This document shows, piece after piece, positions 12,501 to 21,622 of a stretch of DNA of 64,000 bases; positions within the stretch are counted from its first letter, which is position 1, and each line of letters begins with the position of its first letter. The notes beneath the pieces were generated by a model. It was given only the letters and a program-made list of their open reading frames with translations, did not search any database and was not told the DNA's origin. The stretch spans positions 10,343-74,342 of the forward strand of contig CAZWJA010000001.1 in the NCBI GenBank assembly GCA_964634445.1. The letters run 5' to 3'. The translations under genes and the position numbers were made by a program. The stretch is from an uncultured Candidatus Saccharibacteria bacterium. Lineage in GTDB: Bacteria > Patescibacteriota > Saccharimonadia > Saccharimonadales > AWTP1-31.

Positions 12501-12724
12501 GAACATTCAACAATCGGACTGCCGAAGACGGTCAACTAACAACCGAGCATCTAGTCATAGTCTCAGATTTGCCACCGAGTAAAGTCTACAGCATCGTGCC
12601 TGTTTCCCGTGATAAGGCGAGTAATACATCTTCCGCCGAACCGCACGCAGCCATTATTGGCCGGGCATCTGACAATGTACTTAATATAGTTTTAAATACT
12701 TTGAAAAAGGTTTTCGGGTTCTAA
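6554..12724 (+). CDS. Giant membrane-anchored surface protein (LamG, 14 beta-propeller repeats, Ig/FN3-like domains)
   Basis: Basic N-terminus then TM; LamG motifs (LYHLDE, WHHFAASY, FNGSLDEIRIS); repeated EVWxWxGxxWxxxGGDGLNxxW; FN3-like LAAGTTYYF. Confidence 0.85.
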   Translation: MSKYKHTLKKVAAHGRRAYVVAKPHAKKAVGKTVHHSKKIARKSYHLSKVGAQKSIKKAKVVHRQVAVKPHQYLTGKWALYRKWHDWRWHQMTHYSLLGLYMLVIGVTLFRSFSFVLAADLSNNWDFSNASDYTLDSGVENTGSAARLKAQNYSSDANTSALYHLDESSGTTASDSSANANNLSLQNSPTFGTGNLNNGLTLNGTTQFGSASDSSSLSPTSQQTLEGWFKPGATYDNTANSSQTLIDKGSYKVGLDRTSGKIYSELQNNNLGSWTRQMGGEVNGSWSTAHYQIDSSANDGTNYYVGTGGLAGDAEVWKWNGSSWSKLGGDSLNGSWADFTYESVTAMEVHSGSLFIGLGVSTVDGEVWSCSLVSNCSSWSKIAGDGVGIIGLGYEAIRSMVSHDGKLYIGTGDGSTGSGTDGDVYRYESGTTWTQIGGDGLNSGWAANTNETIVELTSDGTSLYAGTGGLHAGDGEVWKWNGTIWTKLGGDGLNSSWNTVYETVNSIMSVGSDLYAGTGNSTLDAEVWKLSGGTWSKIGGDGVGSSWSSAGITNVLDMVNDGTNIYATLGSTSALGQVYSMPIAGSTWTLIGGNAGNNNSWTGANSVGALEYFNSQLYATPWTSGAFGSGAYTWNGSSWTTIGGGYLNGSWGGQNTGNVSASTVMNGKMYVGLGAGLNNAMVYEWDGTTANIIGGGSGVNGSWGNWTYESITSMTAYNGKLYVGTGIGNGDGEVWRWDFGSWTKVGGDGLNNGMSATIATVDSMTVYKGKLYAGTGSTLNNGHVWEYDGSTWTKVAGTGVANTFGSNDVMSMSVYNDQLCVGNGGASSQAQVWCWSGSGAWTRIAGAGLNSSWASTTSKFMSAMAIYNDKLYVTLSDTLLVSEVWSWDGTTWSQIGGAGLNSGWQDGSYSQINALSVYNGDLYAATGYKTTNGSGAGDVWRYNGTGWTQIGGDNLNGGWGNTLEVVSTLTQYKGKLYAGTGFTANADANVYSIGNNGYVESTTSSFNSSWHHFAASYNGSSFKLYIDGTQEASQNSSFTITDNTKSFLVGKGIGSANAGYGESFFNGSLDEIRISDTARSSFTTKPYSTTAQGVVLADSVRNTGVEHWDGLASSETANGGAISYQLSDDDGTTWKYWTGSAWSAVGSNTDSNNISIINTNIATFPTTFDGIKWKAILLGDGNQRVQLNSVTLTATSDSLAPETNASAITAKKSNGGASLASNGWTNGASPYFTWTAGTDSGSDILGYCLYLGQTGSSDPISTKGLLGTSPVNTGGNCQFAISGNTLDLSLSGLLGTALTSSDDPYYLNIKAIDNAGNIFDTSEQFQFRFDNTPPTNPGFVSAPSSFINTKSATLTWPTGGGQAANDDNSGVAGLQYKIGNTTWYGDSHTGTGDINDLLANDGNYTTVDPTDFDNINDGVNTFSFRTWDQAGNISSSTVTAALKVNTSGAPSEPQNLQATPSTNTTNSFAFSWDAPATFNTTTGNADKLSYCYTVNTLPTANNCIFTSAGVTSLNAGSYATQPGANTFYVVAKDDFNAISYSSYTSVTFTANTSAPGMPLNTDIVDVSVKSTSNWRLAVTWDTPDDVGAGIASYKLYRSTDNSGFTQVGTSSSTSFVDANLSQQTYYYKVKACDSANNCGAYGTTVSMLPTGKFTTPAVITSEPIVTNTTTKKATVSWSTDRASDSKISLGTQSGTYSPSEVGNSDQVTAHVIDLDNLAAGTTYYFKTKWTDEDGNTGTSQEYTFTTSPAPVLKEVNTLSIGLSNATIQFTTKDSVKTDINYGKSDSFGGIKTINTSSVESTYAMDLAGLDDGTKYFYRLTMYDSEGGSYQSSIFSLTTPQRPKISNLKFQPVPNEPTSTQQVTWTTNVATNSSINFGKIGTTGIIQQSQEMKTTHEMIIRGLEDDSEYFLFAEGRDANGNLATSERQVFKTALDTRAPEITDITIEPAIRGSGVEARGQIVVSWKTDEPSTSQVAFAEGSNVRTFNNRTAEDGQLTTEHLVIVSDLPPSKVYSIVPVSRDKASNTSSAEPHAAIIGRASDNVLNIVLNTLKKVFGF
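7370..9535 (+). repeat. About 14 degenerate ~50-57 aa beta-propeller blade repeats within the CDS
   Basis: Consensus DGEVWxWxGxxWTxIGGDGLNxxW...YxGKLYxGTG, counted by eye. Confidence 0.8.
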
Positions 12725-12726
12725 TT

Positions 12727-13500
12727 ATGAATCAGCCATTAATCAGCGCCAATAATATTGAGCAAACTTTCATTGTTGGTGAAGAATCAATTCCCGTTCT
12801 GCATAAAAGTAGTTTTACCATTCATACCAATACATTTAATATTATCTACGGACCATCCGGTTCAGGTAAGTCGACGCTTCTAAATGTACTGAGCGGAATT
12901 CAACAACCAACTAAGGGCAATATTCTGTATGGCAACCAAGATATTTACGAACTGCCGGGAAAAGATTTGGCTTTCTTTAGAGCTAAGAGGCTTGGTGTCG
13001 TTTACCAGCAGAACTATTGGATTAGTAGCTTAAACGTAATTGAAAACGTAGCTATCCCACTATTATTTTTAGGCTATACCAGGCGGGCAGCTATGAAGCC
13101 AGCCATGGACGCTCTGCAAAGGGTAGATATGGCAACCTATGCCAAGAAAAATCCACAGTTTCTGTCTGGGGGAGAACAGCAAAGAGTTGCAATGGCAAGA
13201 GCAATTGTTAGCGACCCTGATTACATTATTGCCGACGAGCCGACCGGAAGCCTTGATACTCTGAACGGAGACATGATTATGTCGCTGTTAAGGAGCTACA
13301 GTGTCGACCTGCACAGAACTATTATTCTGGTTACGCATAATATGGAATATCTGCCGTTAGCCGACAATTTAATTCATATCAAGGATGGTCAATGCCAAGA
13401 AATGGCTAATGATGATATTCACAAGACCACTGAGTCATTATTCAAGGAAATGAAGTCGCGAATTACTCGATATGCGGAGGCCAAAGCTCATGGTATTTAA
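12727..13500 (+). CDS. ABC transporter ATP-binding protein (MacB/LolD type)
   Basis: GPSGSGKST, LSGGEQQRVAMARA, ADEPTG, VTH. Confidence 0.93.
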   Translation: MNQPLISANNIEQTFIVGEESIPVLHKSSFTIHTNTFNIIYGPSGSGKSTLLNVLSGIQQPTKGNILYGNQDIYELPGKDLAFFRAKRLGVVYQQNYWISSLNVIENVAIPLLFLGYTRRAAMKPAMDALQRVDMATYAKKNPQFLSGGEQQRVAMARAIVSDPDYIIADEPTGSLDTLNGDMIMSLLRSYSVDLHRTIILVTHNMEYLPLADNLIHIKDGQCQEMANDDIHKTTESLFKEMKSRITRYAEAKAHGI

Positions 13501-14710
13501 TTCTAATCAAACTAAAATGCACCATATCCACGAGCGCACGCTTTTTTATATGGCTTGGCGGAACGTTACTAGTAAAAAGCTCAGGTCATTCCTTACCATT
13601 GCCGGCATAGTTATAGGTATTGGGTCAATTTCTTTCTTGATTTCTTTTGGCTTGGGTTTGCAGCAATTGGTAACTAAAAATGTTATTGGTGACAAGTCGA
13701 TAAAATCGATTGAAATTACCAGCCCGAATTCTAGAATAATTAAACTAGATACAAAAGCTGTTAACAAAATCAGAAGCTTCCCCCATGTCAGTAAAACCGG
13801 AGTCGAGTACTCATTCCCATCCAGTATAGGGCTGAAGGGTGGGGGAATTGATTCAGTAATTTATGGTATTGACCAGGCATTTCAGGAAACCACTTCACTA
13901 GATTTAACAGATGGACGACTGCTTAACAACAAAGACAACCGTTCTGTCGTAATTAGTAAAACTGCACTAAAATCTCTTGGAATTACAGAAGCGAAAAAAG
14001 CCTTGAATCAAAAATTAAACATTATTGTACCACTCAGTTTCGCGGACGTAAAAGTACCCGATCTAAAAGAAGATTTTACGATTGTAGGGGTAATAGATTC
14101 TGGTACTAATAATGAAGTTTTTATCCCTAGTACAGTATTTGACGTATTAGGAATACCGACTTACAAACAGGTAAAAGTAATTGCTGATGATACTAAGAAT
14201 ATTTCTGCACTTAGAAAACAGATCGAGAGCAGCGGCTTTCAAACCAGTTCGCCAATCGACACACTGGACCAGATAAACCAGCTGTTCAAGTTCTTTAATA
14301 TTGTCCTAGCCGGTTTTGGTGGTATTGGAATTATTGTAGCAATACTTGGTATGTTCAATACACTGACTATTTCTCTCCTAGAGCGGACAAAAGAAATCGG
14401 CTTAATGATCACACTAGGAGGTCGCAAGCGCGACATGCGCCGATTGTTTATGATCGAATCGATCTTGCTGTCTTTCATCGGGGCAATTGTTGGGCTCATC
14501 TTCTCCTATACCGGTAGCCGGATTGTGAATTTTCTAGTTAATAAAAATGCTCAAAGCAGGGTAAATCAAAGGTTCGAAATATTTTCAATGCCACTATGGT
14601 TAATGATTTGCCTAACTTTGTTTATGGTTGTGGTCGGACTTATAGTTTCCTACTTTCCGGCACGACGGGCTCAGAAGATTAACCCGATCGATGCGCTTAG
14701 ACGCGAATAA
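13490..14710 (+). CDS. ABC transporter permease (MacB/FtsX family)
   Basis: RSFLTIAGIVIGI, ERTKEIG, PARRAQKINPIDALR; GGAGG upstream of ATG 13490. Confidence 0.92.
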   Translation: MVFNSNQTKMHHIHERTLFYMAWRNVTSKKLRSFLTIAGIVIGIGSISFLISFGLGLQQLVTKNVIGDKSIKSIEITSPNSRIIKLDTKAVNKIRSFPHVSKTGVEYSFPSSIGLKGGGIDSVIYGIDQAFQETTSLDLTDGRLLNNKDNRSVVISKTALKSLGITEAKKALNQKLNIIVPLSFADVKVPDLKEDFTIVGVIDSGTNNEVFIPSTVFDVLGIPTYKQVKVIADDTKNISALRKQIESSGFQTSSPIDTLDQINQLFKFFNIVLAGFGGIGIIVAILGMFNTLTISLLERTKEIGLMITLGGRKRDMRRLFMIESILLSFIGAIVGLIFSYTGSRIVNFLVNKNAQSRVNQRFEIFSMPLWLMICLTLFMVVVGLIVSYFPARRAQKINPIDALRRE

Positions 14711-14763
14711 TACTGGACCGGCTTATTTTACCGGAGCAATAAAAGCGTTTATACTAATCTGTA

Positions 14764-15954
14764 ATGAATCATAAAACAAAAATTGTGATACTCGGCGGCG
14801 GTTTCGCAGGCATAAAAGCCTTGCATGAACTTCATAAGAATAAAAATCTGGAAATTACGTTAATTACTGACCAGGAAACATTCCGTTACGGTGCCACTAT
14901 CTGGCGAGCAGCAACCGGATATTTAAAAGATACGTCTTACATCCCGATCAAGTCTTTAATGCCAGTATCAGAAAATGTCAGATTGGTACTTGACCAAGCT
15001 GTAAGAATAGACCGAGAATCAAAATTAGTCACGACTAAAAGCCACGAAAAATTTAATTACGACTACTGCATAATTGGGTTAGGGGTAGTAACTAGTTATT
15101 TTGGCATAGATGGTTTAGAAGAATTCTCATATAGCGTGAAATCCAGTGCTGGGTTTGATAAATTCCGACAACATCTACACGACCTACTGTTGGAAGACAA
15201 AACACTAGACACAAACTACGTTGTGGTCGGTGCTGGACCTACAGGTGTCGAGTTGGCAGCCGCGCTTAAAAGTTACTTAAAAACTGTCGCTAAGCAGCAC
15301 AAACTAAAGCGCACGCATGTTAACATGGATCTGATCGAAGCGGCACCGAAAGTTTTACCAATGCTAAGCCCTAAAGCTTCCAAACTCGTTCATAAAAGAT
15401 TAGTTAAATTAGGAGTCAGAGTAATGACTGGCAAGGTAGTTGAGGGCGAAACTACGACAACGCTAAAAGTCGGCGATATGAAGATTCCTACCAAGACTGT
15501 CATTTGGACTGCCGGGGTTACAAACAACCCATTTTTTAACGACAATAATAGCCAATTCACACTAAATGAAAAAAAACGAGTAGTAGTTGATGACTATTTG
15601 AAAGTAGACAAATCCGTATTTGTAATCGGCGACAGTGCCGCAACAGCTTATAGTGGCCTGGCATTGACCGCATTGCATAATGCCAACTACGTCAGCAATT
15701 GCATACTTAAAGAACTTGATAAGAAATCAGTCAGACCATACAAGCCACTCAAACCGATTACAATTATTCCAATCGGGGAGGGCTGGTCGCTGCTGCAGTG
15801 GAGAAAGATAGTCTTTGCCGGCAGATTTGCCAGCTTCTTGCGATCAATTTACGACTTTATCGGCTACAGTGAAATAGTTGGTAGTAAAAAAGCTTTTAAT
15901 ATCTGGCTGAAACGCAATCAAAAGCATGAAGAATGTCGATTGTGCCGGTCATAG
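14764..15954 (+). CDS. ndh: Type II NADH:quinone oxidoreductase-like FAD oxidoreductase
   Basis: LGGGFAG, VGAGPTGVELAA, WTAGV, VFVIGD. Confidence 0.85.
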   Translation: MNHKTKIVILGGGFAGIKALHELHKNKNLEITLITDQETFRYGATIWRAATGYLKDTSYIPIKSLMPVSENVRLVLDQAVRIDRESKLVTTKSHEKFNYDYCIIGLGVVTSYFGIDGLEEFSYSVKSSAGFDKFRQHLHDLLLEDKTLDTNYVVVGAGPTGVELAAALKSYLKTVAKQHKLKRTHVNMDLIEAAPKVLPMLSPKASKLVHKRLVKLGVRVMTGKVVEGETTTTLKVGDMKIPTKTVIWTAGVTNNPFFNDNNSQFTLNEKKRVVVDDYLKVDKSVFVIGDSAATAYSGLALTALHNANYVSNCILKELDKKSVRPYKPLKPITIIPIGEGWSLLQWRKIVFAGRFASFLRSIYDFIGYSEIVGSKKAFNIWLKRNQKHEECRLCRS

Positions 15955-15994
15955 GTGTTTTTAGTTAGCTGTTAAAGCAAGTACAATACATACA

Positions 15995-18900
15995 ATGTCA
16001 GAATTTGAAGAGGCGTATAAACAGCTCAACAGCGAGCAAAGAAAAGCTGTCGATTTAATCGATGGAGCGGTTTTGGTTGTGGCTGGGCCTGGTACCGGCA
16101 AGACACAGCTGTTGAGCATGCGAGTAGCAAACATTCTTAAAAAAACCGATACTAATGCCAGTAATATCTTGTGTCTAACCTTTACTAACAAGGCGGCCAT
16201 TAATATGCGTGAACGTCTGTTGAGTCTGACGGGCGGTGAAGCTAAGAATGTCAACGTCAAAACTTTCCATAGTTTTGCAGCCGAGCTTATGAATATGTAC
16301 CCAGATTCTTTTTGGAACGGTGCCAGGCTGTCGACTGCTCCAGATACAACCCAGATAGAAATAATCCAAACCATTCTCGGGCAACTGCCTCTAAAAGATC
16401 CTTTGGCTCTCCGGTTTGCTGGTGGATTTACTGCCGGCAAAGATGTCCAGAATGCTTTAAAGTACGTCAAGGAAGCTGGACTTACACCGGCTAAGTTAAA
16501 GTCTTTAATTAAAGCTAATTTGGCTTACATTGACCTAATCGAAAAAGATTTGTCGGAAATATTAAGTGCAACATTAAGCTACAAAAACCTGAATAATTTA
16601 GTCACGCAAATCGACAAGCTACCGAACCAGGGATTAAGTGAAAACTTAGAACCACTTCTCGATCTAGGCAAGCTGATTAAAGAAAGTCTAGACTTTGCCG
16701 TCGAACAAGATGATGAAACAAACAAGACTAAGCATACCGGCAAATGGAAGCAGAAATGGATCCAATCAGTTGACGGTGTTAAAGGAATGCATAAGGAAAG
16801 GGAAAGAAACAAGTGGTGGCTAAGCTTAGCAGACGTATATGCCAGCTACCGGCAAATGCTGCATGAGCGCGGTTATTATGATTACTCGGATATGATAGTC
16901 GAAGTAATAACCCAGCTTCAAAATAAGCCGCATATGCGTTCAGATGTGCAGGAACAATTCCAGTACGTGTTAATCGACGAGTTTCAGGATACAAATGCGG
17001 CCCAGCTGCAGCTGTCGCATTTAATCGCCGATCATGCCGATACCGATAATCCGAATATTATGGCAGTTGGCGACGACGACCAGTCTATTTACAAGTTCAA
17101 TGGGGCCGAGCTAAATAACATGCTGTCGTTCCGACGCAGCTATCCAAAGTCAAAGACTATAGTCCTGACCGACAACTACCGGTCCAGCCAGAAGCTTCTC
17201 AATACGTCGTCTAAAATTATTTCCCAAATAGAAGACCGTTTAGTAACTCGAGATGCAAGCTTGATTAAAGACCTGAGAGCCAAAAACGAGCCGAAAACAA
17301 AAGGGGTAATTACGCACTTAAGTTTTACAACTGAAGATCAAGAACTTTATGAGATTACCAAGCAAATAGTAAAAAAGTATAAGTCTGGTAATACCTCAAT
17401 TGCTGTTTTGGCCCGCGACCATGCCAGTCTGCGCAGGATGGCGGCAAGTTTAAATAGAAGCAAAATACCAATCAGTTATGAACAGCAAAATAACATATTA
17501 GAACACAGCTCAGTAATTCAGATTCACTTGATTTGCTCTATGCTTCAAGCGATAAATGCTGGCGATAGGTCACTATCTAGCCAGTACCTTAGCCAAATCC
17601 TACGCCACCCAATGTGGCAGATTAAACCCGAAAAACTGTGGCAAATAGCAGTCGATAACTACCGAAAAAATGACTGGCTGGATTATTTGTTGAAATCTAC
17701 TGACAACAATTTATCGGCAATCGCCAAGTGGCTAGTTTGGTTGGCGCAGAAAGCCAGCCAGGAACAATTAGCAGTCATATTGGAATACGTCATTGGGTTG
17801 AGGGCTGGAGAACATTTAACCAGCCCGATACAGGCATACTACTTAGCTAACAAAAAAATAGATACCTCATATCTGTCGTCCTTATCTTCCGTCCGAATAT
17901 TAATAAGCCTGGCTAATGACTTCAGTCGTTCGCAATCAGCAAGTCTAGAAGACTTCGTGAATTTTATTCAGCTGAGTATCGACACAAACGAGCTAATTGC
18001 TGACGAATCAGTCTTCATTACCGGCAGCCATGCAGTAGAACTACTTACCGTACACAAAGCAAAAGGCCTTGAGTTTGACATCGTATATATAATTAATGCC
18101 ATCGATTCAAATTGGAAGCCGAATGCCGGTGGCCGAAAGAGTCCGTCGAACCTGCCGCTACAACCGGCCGGTGACGACCTGGATGACTATGCCAGATTGA
18201 TGTATGTTGCAGTTACCCGTGCTCGGCATTCGCTAATTGTGGCTAGCTACCGTCAAGACATTAACGGCAAAGACGTCATGGCGTCGCCGCTGCTAATCGA
18301 CGCTTTGGAAGTAGCTGAGATACCAAATTCAGATGACGAAACAAACATTGAGGTGCTTGAAAACAGCCTGACTTGGCCATCGCTTAATATTGAAGACGAA
18401 AAATTAAATCTAAAGTCCAGGATTGAAAAATATTCACTCAGTGCAACTGGACTATTAGACTTTCTGGACGTCAGTAAAGGCGGACCGCAAATCTTTCTGG
18501 AACGGCATTTACTTTCGCTGCCTCAAGCCAAGTCTTCTAGCATGGCTTTTGGTACGGCCGTCCATGAAGCAATGGAATTCGCTCAGATTTCAGTCAATTC
18601 TAATAACTTAAATTTAAAAAAAGTTATTGATGTCTACGAAAATTCTATCCGCAGGCAAAACTTGCCAGTAACCGAAGAGCAACGCTACCAAGAATACGGA
18701 GTCGAGCTAATTGAAAAGTTGCTAAGCAGCGATACCTTCTGGTTGGGCAAAGGTAATCTACCGGAGCAGGTTATTGGTGATGTCTTAATAGGCAAAGCAA
18801 AACTTAACGGCACGATCGATCGGATTGCAGTCAAAGACGACGAATTGACGATTATCGATTACAAGACTGGTAAGCCGCTTAGCAGTTTTATTACCCGTGA

Positions 18901-19210
18901 TCAGAACAAAGCGATTAAAGCCTGGCGACATAGAATGCAGCTTATCTTTTACGCTATGCTGGCTAGAAACAGCAACCGGTTTAATATTAAAAATATTAAA
19001 GGGCAGATGTGGTATTTGGAAGCAAGTAGCCCAAAAGAGCTAATCCGCGAGTACATTCCAAGTAAAGATGAAATATTAAGACTGGAAAAATTATCCCAGG
19101 TCATATGGGAAAAGATTACTAGTCTGAATCTGCCTAATACATTGAACTACAGCAATGACTACTCTGGCATACAGGCTTTCGAGCAGGATCTGCTGGACAA
19201 AAAAATATGA
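15995..19210 (+). CDS. UvrD/PcrA-family helicase with C-terminal PD-(D/E)XK nuclease
   Basis: AGPGTGKT, LTFTNKAA, DEFQD, VGDDDQSIY, TVHKAKGLEF, YVAVTRA; C-terminal GTIDRI...IIDYKTG...QLIFY. Confidence 0.92.
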   Translation: MSEFEEAYKQLNSEQRKAVDLIDGAVLVVAGPGTGKTQLLSMRVANILKKTDTNASNILCLTFTNKAAINMRERLLSLTGGEAKNVNVKTFHSFAAELMNMYPDSFWNGARLSTAPDTTQIEIIQTILGQLPLKDPLALRFAGGFTAGKDVQNALKYVKEAGLTPAKLKSLIKANLAYIDLIEKDLSEILSATLSYKNLNNLVTQIDKLPNQGLSENLEPLLDLGKLIKESLDFAVEQDDETNKTKHTGKWKQKWIQSVDGVKGMHKERERNKWWLSLADVYASYRQMLHERGYYDYSDMIVEVITQLQNKPHMRSDVQEQFQYVLIDEFQDTNAAQLQLSHLIADHADTDNPNIMAVGDDDQSIYKFNGAELNNMLSFRRSYPKSKTIVLTDNYRSSQKLLNTSSKIISQIEDRLVTRDASLIKDLRAKNEPKTKGVITHLSFTTEDQELYEITKQIVKKYKSGNTSIAVLARDHASLRRMAASLNRSKIPISYEQQNNILEHSSVIQIHLICSMLQAINAGDRSLSSQYLSQILRHPMWQIKPEKLWQIAVDNYRKNDWLDYLLKSTDNNLSAIAKWLVWLAQKASQEQLAVILEYVIGLRAGEHLTSPIQAYYLANKKIDTSYLSSLSSVRILISLANDFSRSQSASLEDFVNFIQLSIDTNELIADESVFITGSHAVELLTVHKAKGLEFDIVYIINAIDSNWKPNAGGRKSPSNLPLQPAGDDLDDYARLMYVAVTRARHSLIVASYRQDINGKDVMASPLLIDALEVAEIPNSDDETNIEVLENSLTWPSLNIEDEKLNLKSRIEKYSLSATGLLDFLDVSKGGPQIFLERHLLSLPQAKSSSMAFGTAVHEAMEFAQISVNSNNLNLKKVIDVYENSIRRQNLPVTEEQRYQEYGVELIEKLLSSDTFWLGKGNLPEQVIGDVLIGKAKLNGTIDRIAVKDDELTIIDYKTGKPLSSFITRDQNKAIKAWRHRMQLIFYAMLARNSNRFNIKNIKGQMWYLEASSPKELIREYIPSKDEILRLEKLSQVIWEKITSLNLPNTLNYSNDYSGIQAFEQDLLDKKI

Positions 19211-19235
19211 GCCTCATTTTTAATTTTGAGGCTCA
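19208..19235. terminator. Inverted repeat between convergent genes (probable terminator)
   Basis: TGAGCCTCA-N10-TGAGGCTCA. Confidence 0.6.
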
Positions 19236-19269
19236 AATATTAACTAGTTTTGTGTAACCCAGTATCTAA

Positions 19270-20022
19270 CTAGCGTCGGCGTCGAGCTGCCGGCTTCTTT
19301 TTTGTAGCACTTCTGGAAGAAGCAGCCTTTGAGCTGCTACTTCGCTTGATAACCGACTTTGAACTGGTGACTCGGTTGAATGAGCTAAATGAAGCTCGTT
19401 TATACAAAGTTTCTTCTGCGAATAGTAGTGCGTATAAGTTCATGCCGACAATTGATCCGACAATTGGACCAAGAGCATACGCTTTGTTCCAAGACTGCAA
19501 ACCGATTGCAACTGCTGGGTTAAGAATTCCGTTGCTGGCAAGCGACGCAACCAAAATACCAATAGTTAGCGAACCGCCGATAGCAAATGCTAAGCGACCA
19601 CCTTCGTATTTTTGGTATATAGCTGATGCTACGCCGAATCCGAAGATCAAAGCACCAATTGCTTCAGCAATAAAGATTTTTAAATCTGGAGCATTAGCGA
19701 TACTTTCAATATTCCGTCCCATCAAATAATTGATTAACAGAAACGCCAAGTAACCACCGAGCATTTGGAATGTGATGTAACTAATTGCTGTAAGCGTTTT
19801 TACTTTGCGAATTGTCCATAAACCGAGCGTAATTGCTGGGTTTACGTGCGCACCTGACGTTGCCCCAATTGTTAAGGTTAATAAACCGAGCGTGATACCG
19901 GCTGCTAAACCACCGAACAATGGAAAAGATGTCCGTGCCACCATTGAATACACGGCTGTAACCAACACCATTACACCCATTAGCTCCGCCAAGACCATAG
20001 CGAATTTTAGTCTACTAAACAT
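19270..20022 (-). CDS. Aquaporin / MIP family channel
   Basis: SGAHVNPA and GILNPA motifs, 6 TM segments, basic Ser/Lys/Arg tail. Confidence 0.92.
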   Translation of the reverse strand: MFSRLKFAMVLAELMGVMVLVTAVYSMVARTSFPLFGGLAAGITLGLLTLTIGATSGAHVNPAITLGLWTIRKVKTLTAISYITFQMLGGYLAFLLINYLMGRNIESIANAPDLKIFIAEAIGALIFGFGVASAIYQKYEGGRLAFAIGGSLTIGILVASLASNGILNPAVAIGLQSWNKAYALGPIVGSIVGMNLYALLFAEETLYKRASFSSFNRVTSSKSVIKRSSSSKAASSRSATKKKPAARRRR

Positions 20023-20108
20023 TGAACCCTCCTTAAAGAATAACTAATGCTTAAACAATAATAGTTTTGAGCATTTAATGCAAATATTTGGTGTCGTAGT
20101 ATTTACTA

Positions 20109-21100
20109 CTAGGAGAGGAACTCTGAACTAATTTCACCTACATGCTGATTTCTGCCAAGCGTACCAGTACCAGCCAAGGCTAGCTGATCGGCAACGATCA
20201 CACCCCGCAAATACTCCTCTTGGTTTCTAGATACAACTTGCAAAAGGCTTCGTCCGTATCTGACATTTTGCCAGAAATTCATGATGTCCGTATCTTGATT
20301 GAATTTATCTTTTAAGACTAGAGTATTTTCAGAATCAACTAAAATTAATCCTTGCTCGTCATGCCCGTGGTTGTCGTGGTCATGATCAACGTCCAAATGC
20401 ATTACTGCCTCATCGCCGGCAAGTTCTTTTACGACATCGATCATTTTGTCCTCAGTAAAGCTAGATGTTTTATTCAACATCATAAAAGTTGATTCAGCAC
20501 CAGCTTTAATCATGTCTAATAGATGTGGCTGTTTAGTAGCTACAAATTTTGCACGACTTCCAAGAAAACGATTGACATCATCAAAAGACTCGACAAGCGT
20601 TTCTACGACCGACTTTGCTCCTCGAGCCATACCGCATTCACGGTGCATACCAATTCCGAAATTTGCTTTTATTAATTCTTGATTAATTGTATAGAACTGC
20701 TCGATCGGATCGTCAATACCTTTTAGTATTGAAAAACTAGCAATTGAGCGACAATCGGTGTAAACAAACTCGGACCACCGATAACTTTTGGTCGAGGGTC
20801 AGGTTTAGTTTTCGCCTCCGTCATCAAAAAGTTCCTACCGTCCATGCAGACACCGTTTATTTGGCGGTAATCAGGGGCGTAAATTAAGTAGTTGCCGGCA
20901 ATAAGCTGTAAGTTTTTAGTGAAATCTTCTTGTTTAACGTGTGTTGCTTCAATATTTCCTTTACCGAAATTTATCCTACCTAAGTATGTAGCTATAGATC
21001 CGTAAATTAATTCATGATCCGGCTGAACGTCTATCGTCATAACTTCTTCATCCCCTTGGTTTTTTACAAAATTAATTCTATTTTCTGGTGAACCCGACAT
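20109..21100 (-). pseudogene. Frameshifted carbonic-anhydrase-like gene (cadmium/zeta-type motifs), split into ORFs 20723-21100 and 20109-20648
   Basis: CMDGR...GG in the first ORF, HRECG and HDE in the second. One extra base at the GTTTTT run (20732-20737) fuses them into ~330 aa. Confidence 0.65.
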
Positions 21101-21193
21101 ACTTCTCCGATATTTGTTATTAAATTAACACAAGGATTCATTCTAAAAAACTTAGCTGGATTTTTCAAGTAGTTTATTCAGCTGTTTTATTTT

Positions 21194-21622
21194 CTATACT
21201 TTTCTTTTTCGTCTGCGCAAGCTGGCTACTTGCAGTCTGACAGCTTGGCGGTCGATTAGCTGCTGGGCATGCTGCAGGGAAACAGTATCCTTGGCTTCTT
21301 TAACTAAGTTCTTAGCTTGTTCTAACGCTTTTTGGGCTTCGGCTTCGTTAATTTCGTCTTCGTTATCAGCTTCGTCTACAAGCACTCGTACTTTGTTGTC
21401 GGCTATTTCTATTACACCACCGTTGGATGCAAAATGCTCAAGTCGGCTGTCCGGATCACCAGCTTTTTTTCTAACAGTTATTACTCCAGGCACAGCTAGA
21501 CTAACTAACGGCATATGATTCGGAAATACAGCGATATATCCATCTTTGGTCGGAAGTACGACTTCAAAAACTTCTTGACTGTATTTTGTGCCATCTAGAG
21601 TAACTAATTCAAATTGAATCAT
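21194..21622 (-). CDS. atpC: ATP synthase F1 epsilon
   Basis: FELVTLDG, PTKDGYIAVFPNHMP, GGVIEI; last gene of the operon. Confidence 0.95.
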   Translation of the reverse strand: MIQFELVTLDGTKYSQEVFEVVLPTKDGYIAVFPNHMPLVSLAVPGVITVRKKAGDPDSRLEHFASNGGVIEIADNKVRVLVDEADNEDEINEAEAQKALEQAKNLVKEAKDTVSLQHAQQLIDRQAVRLQVASLRRRKRKV

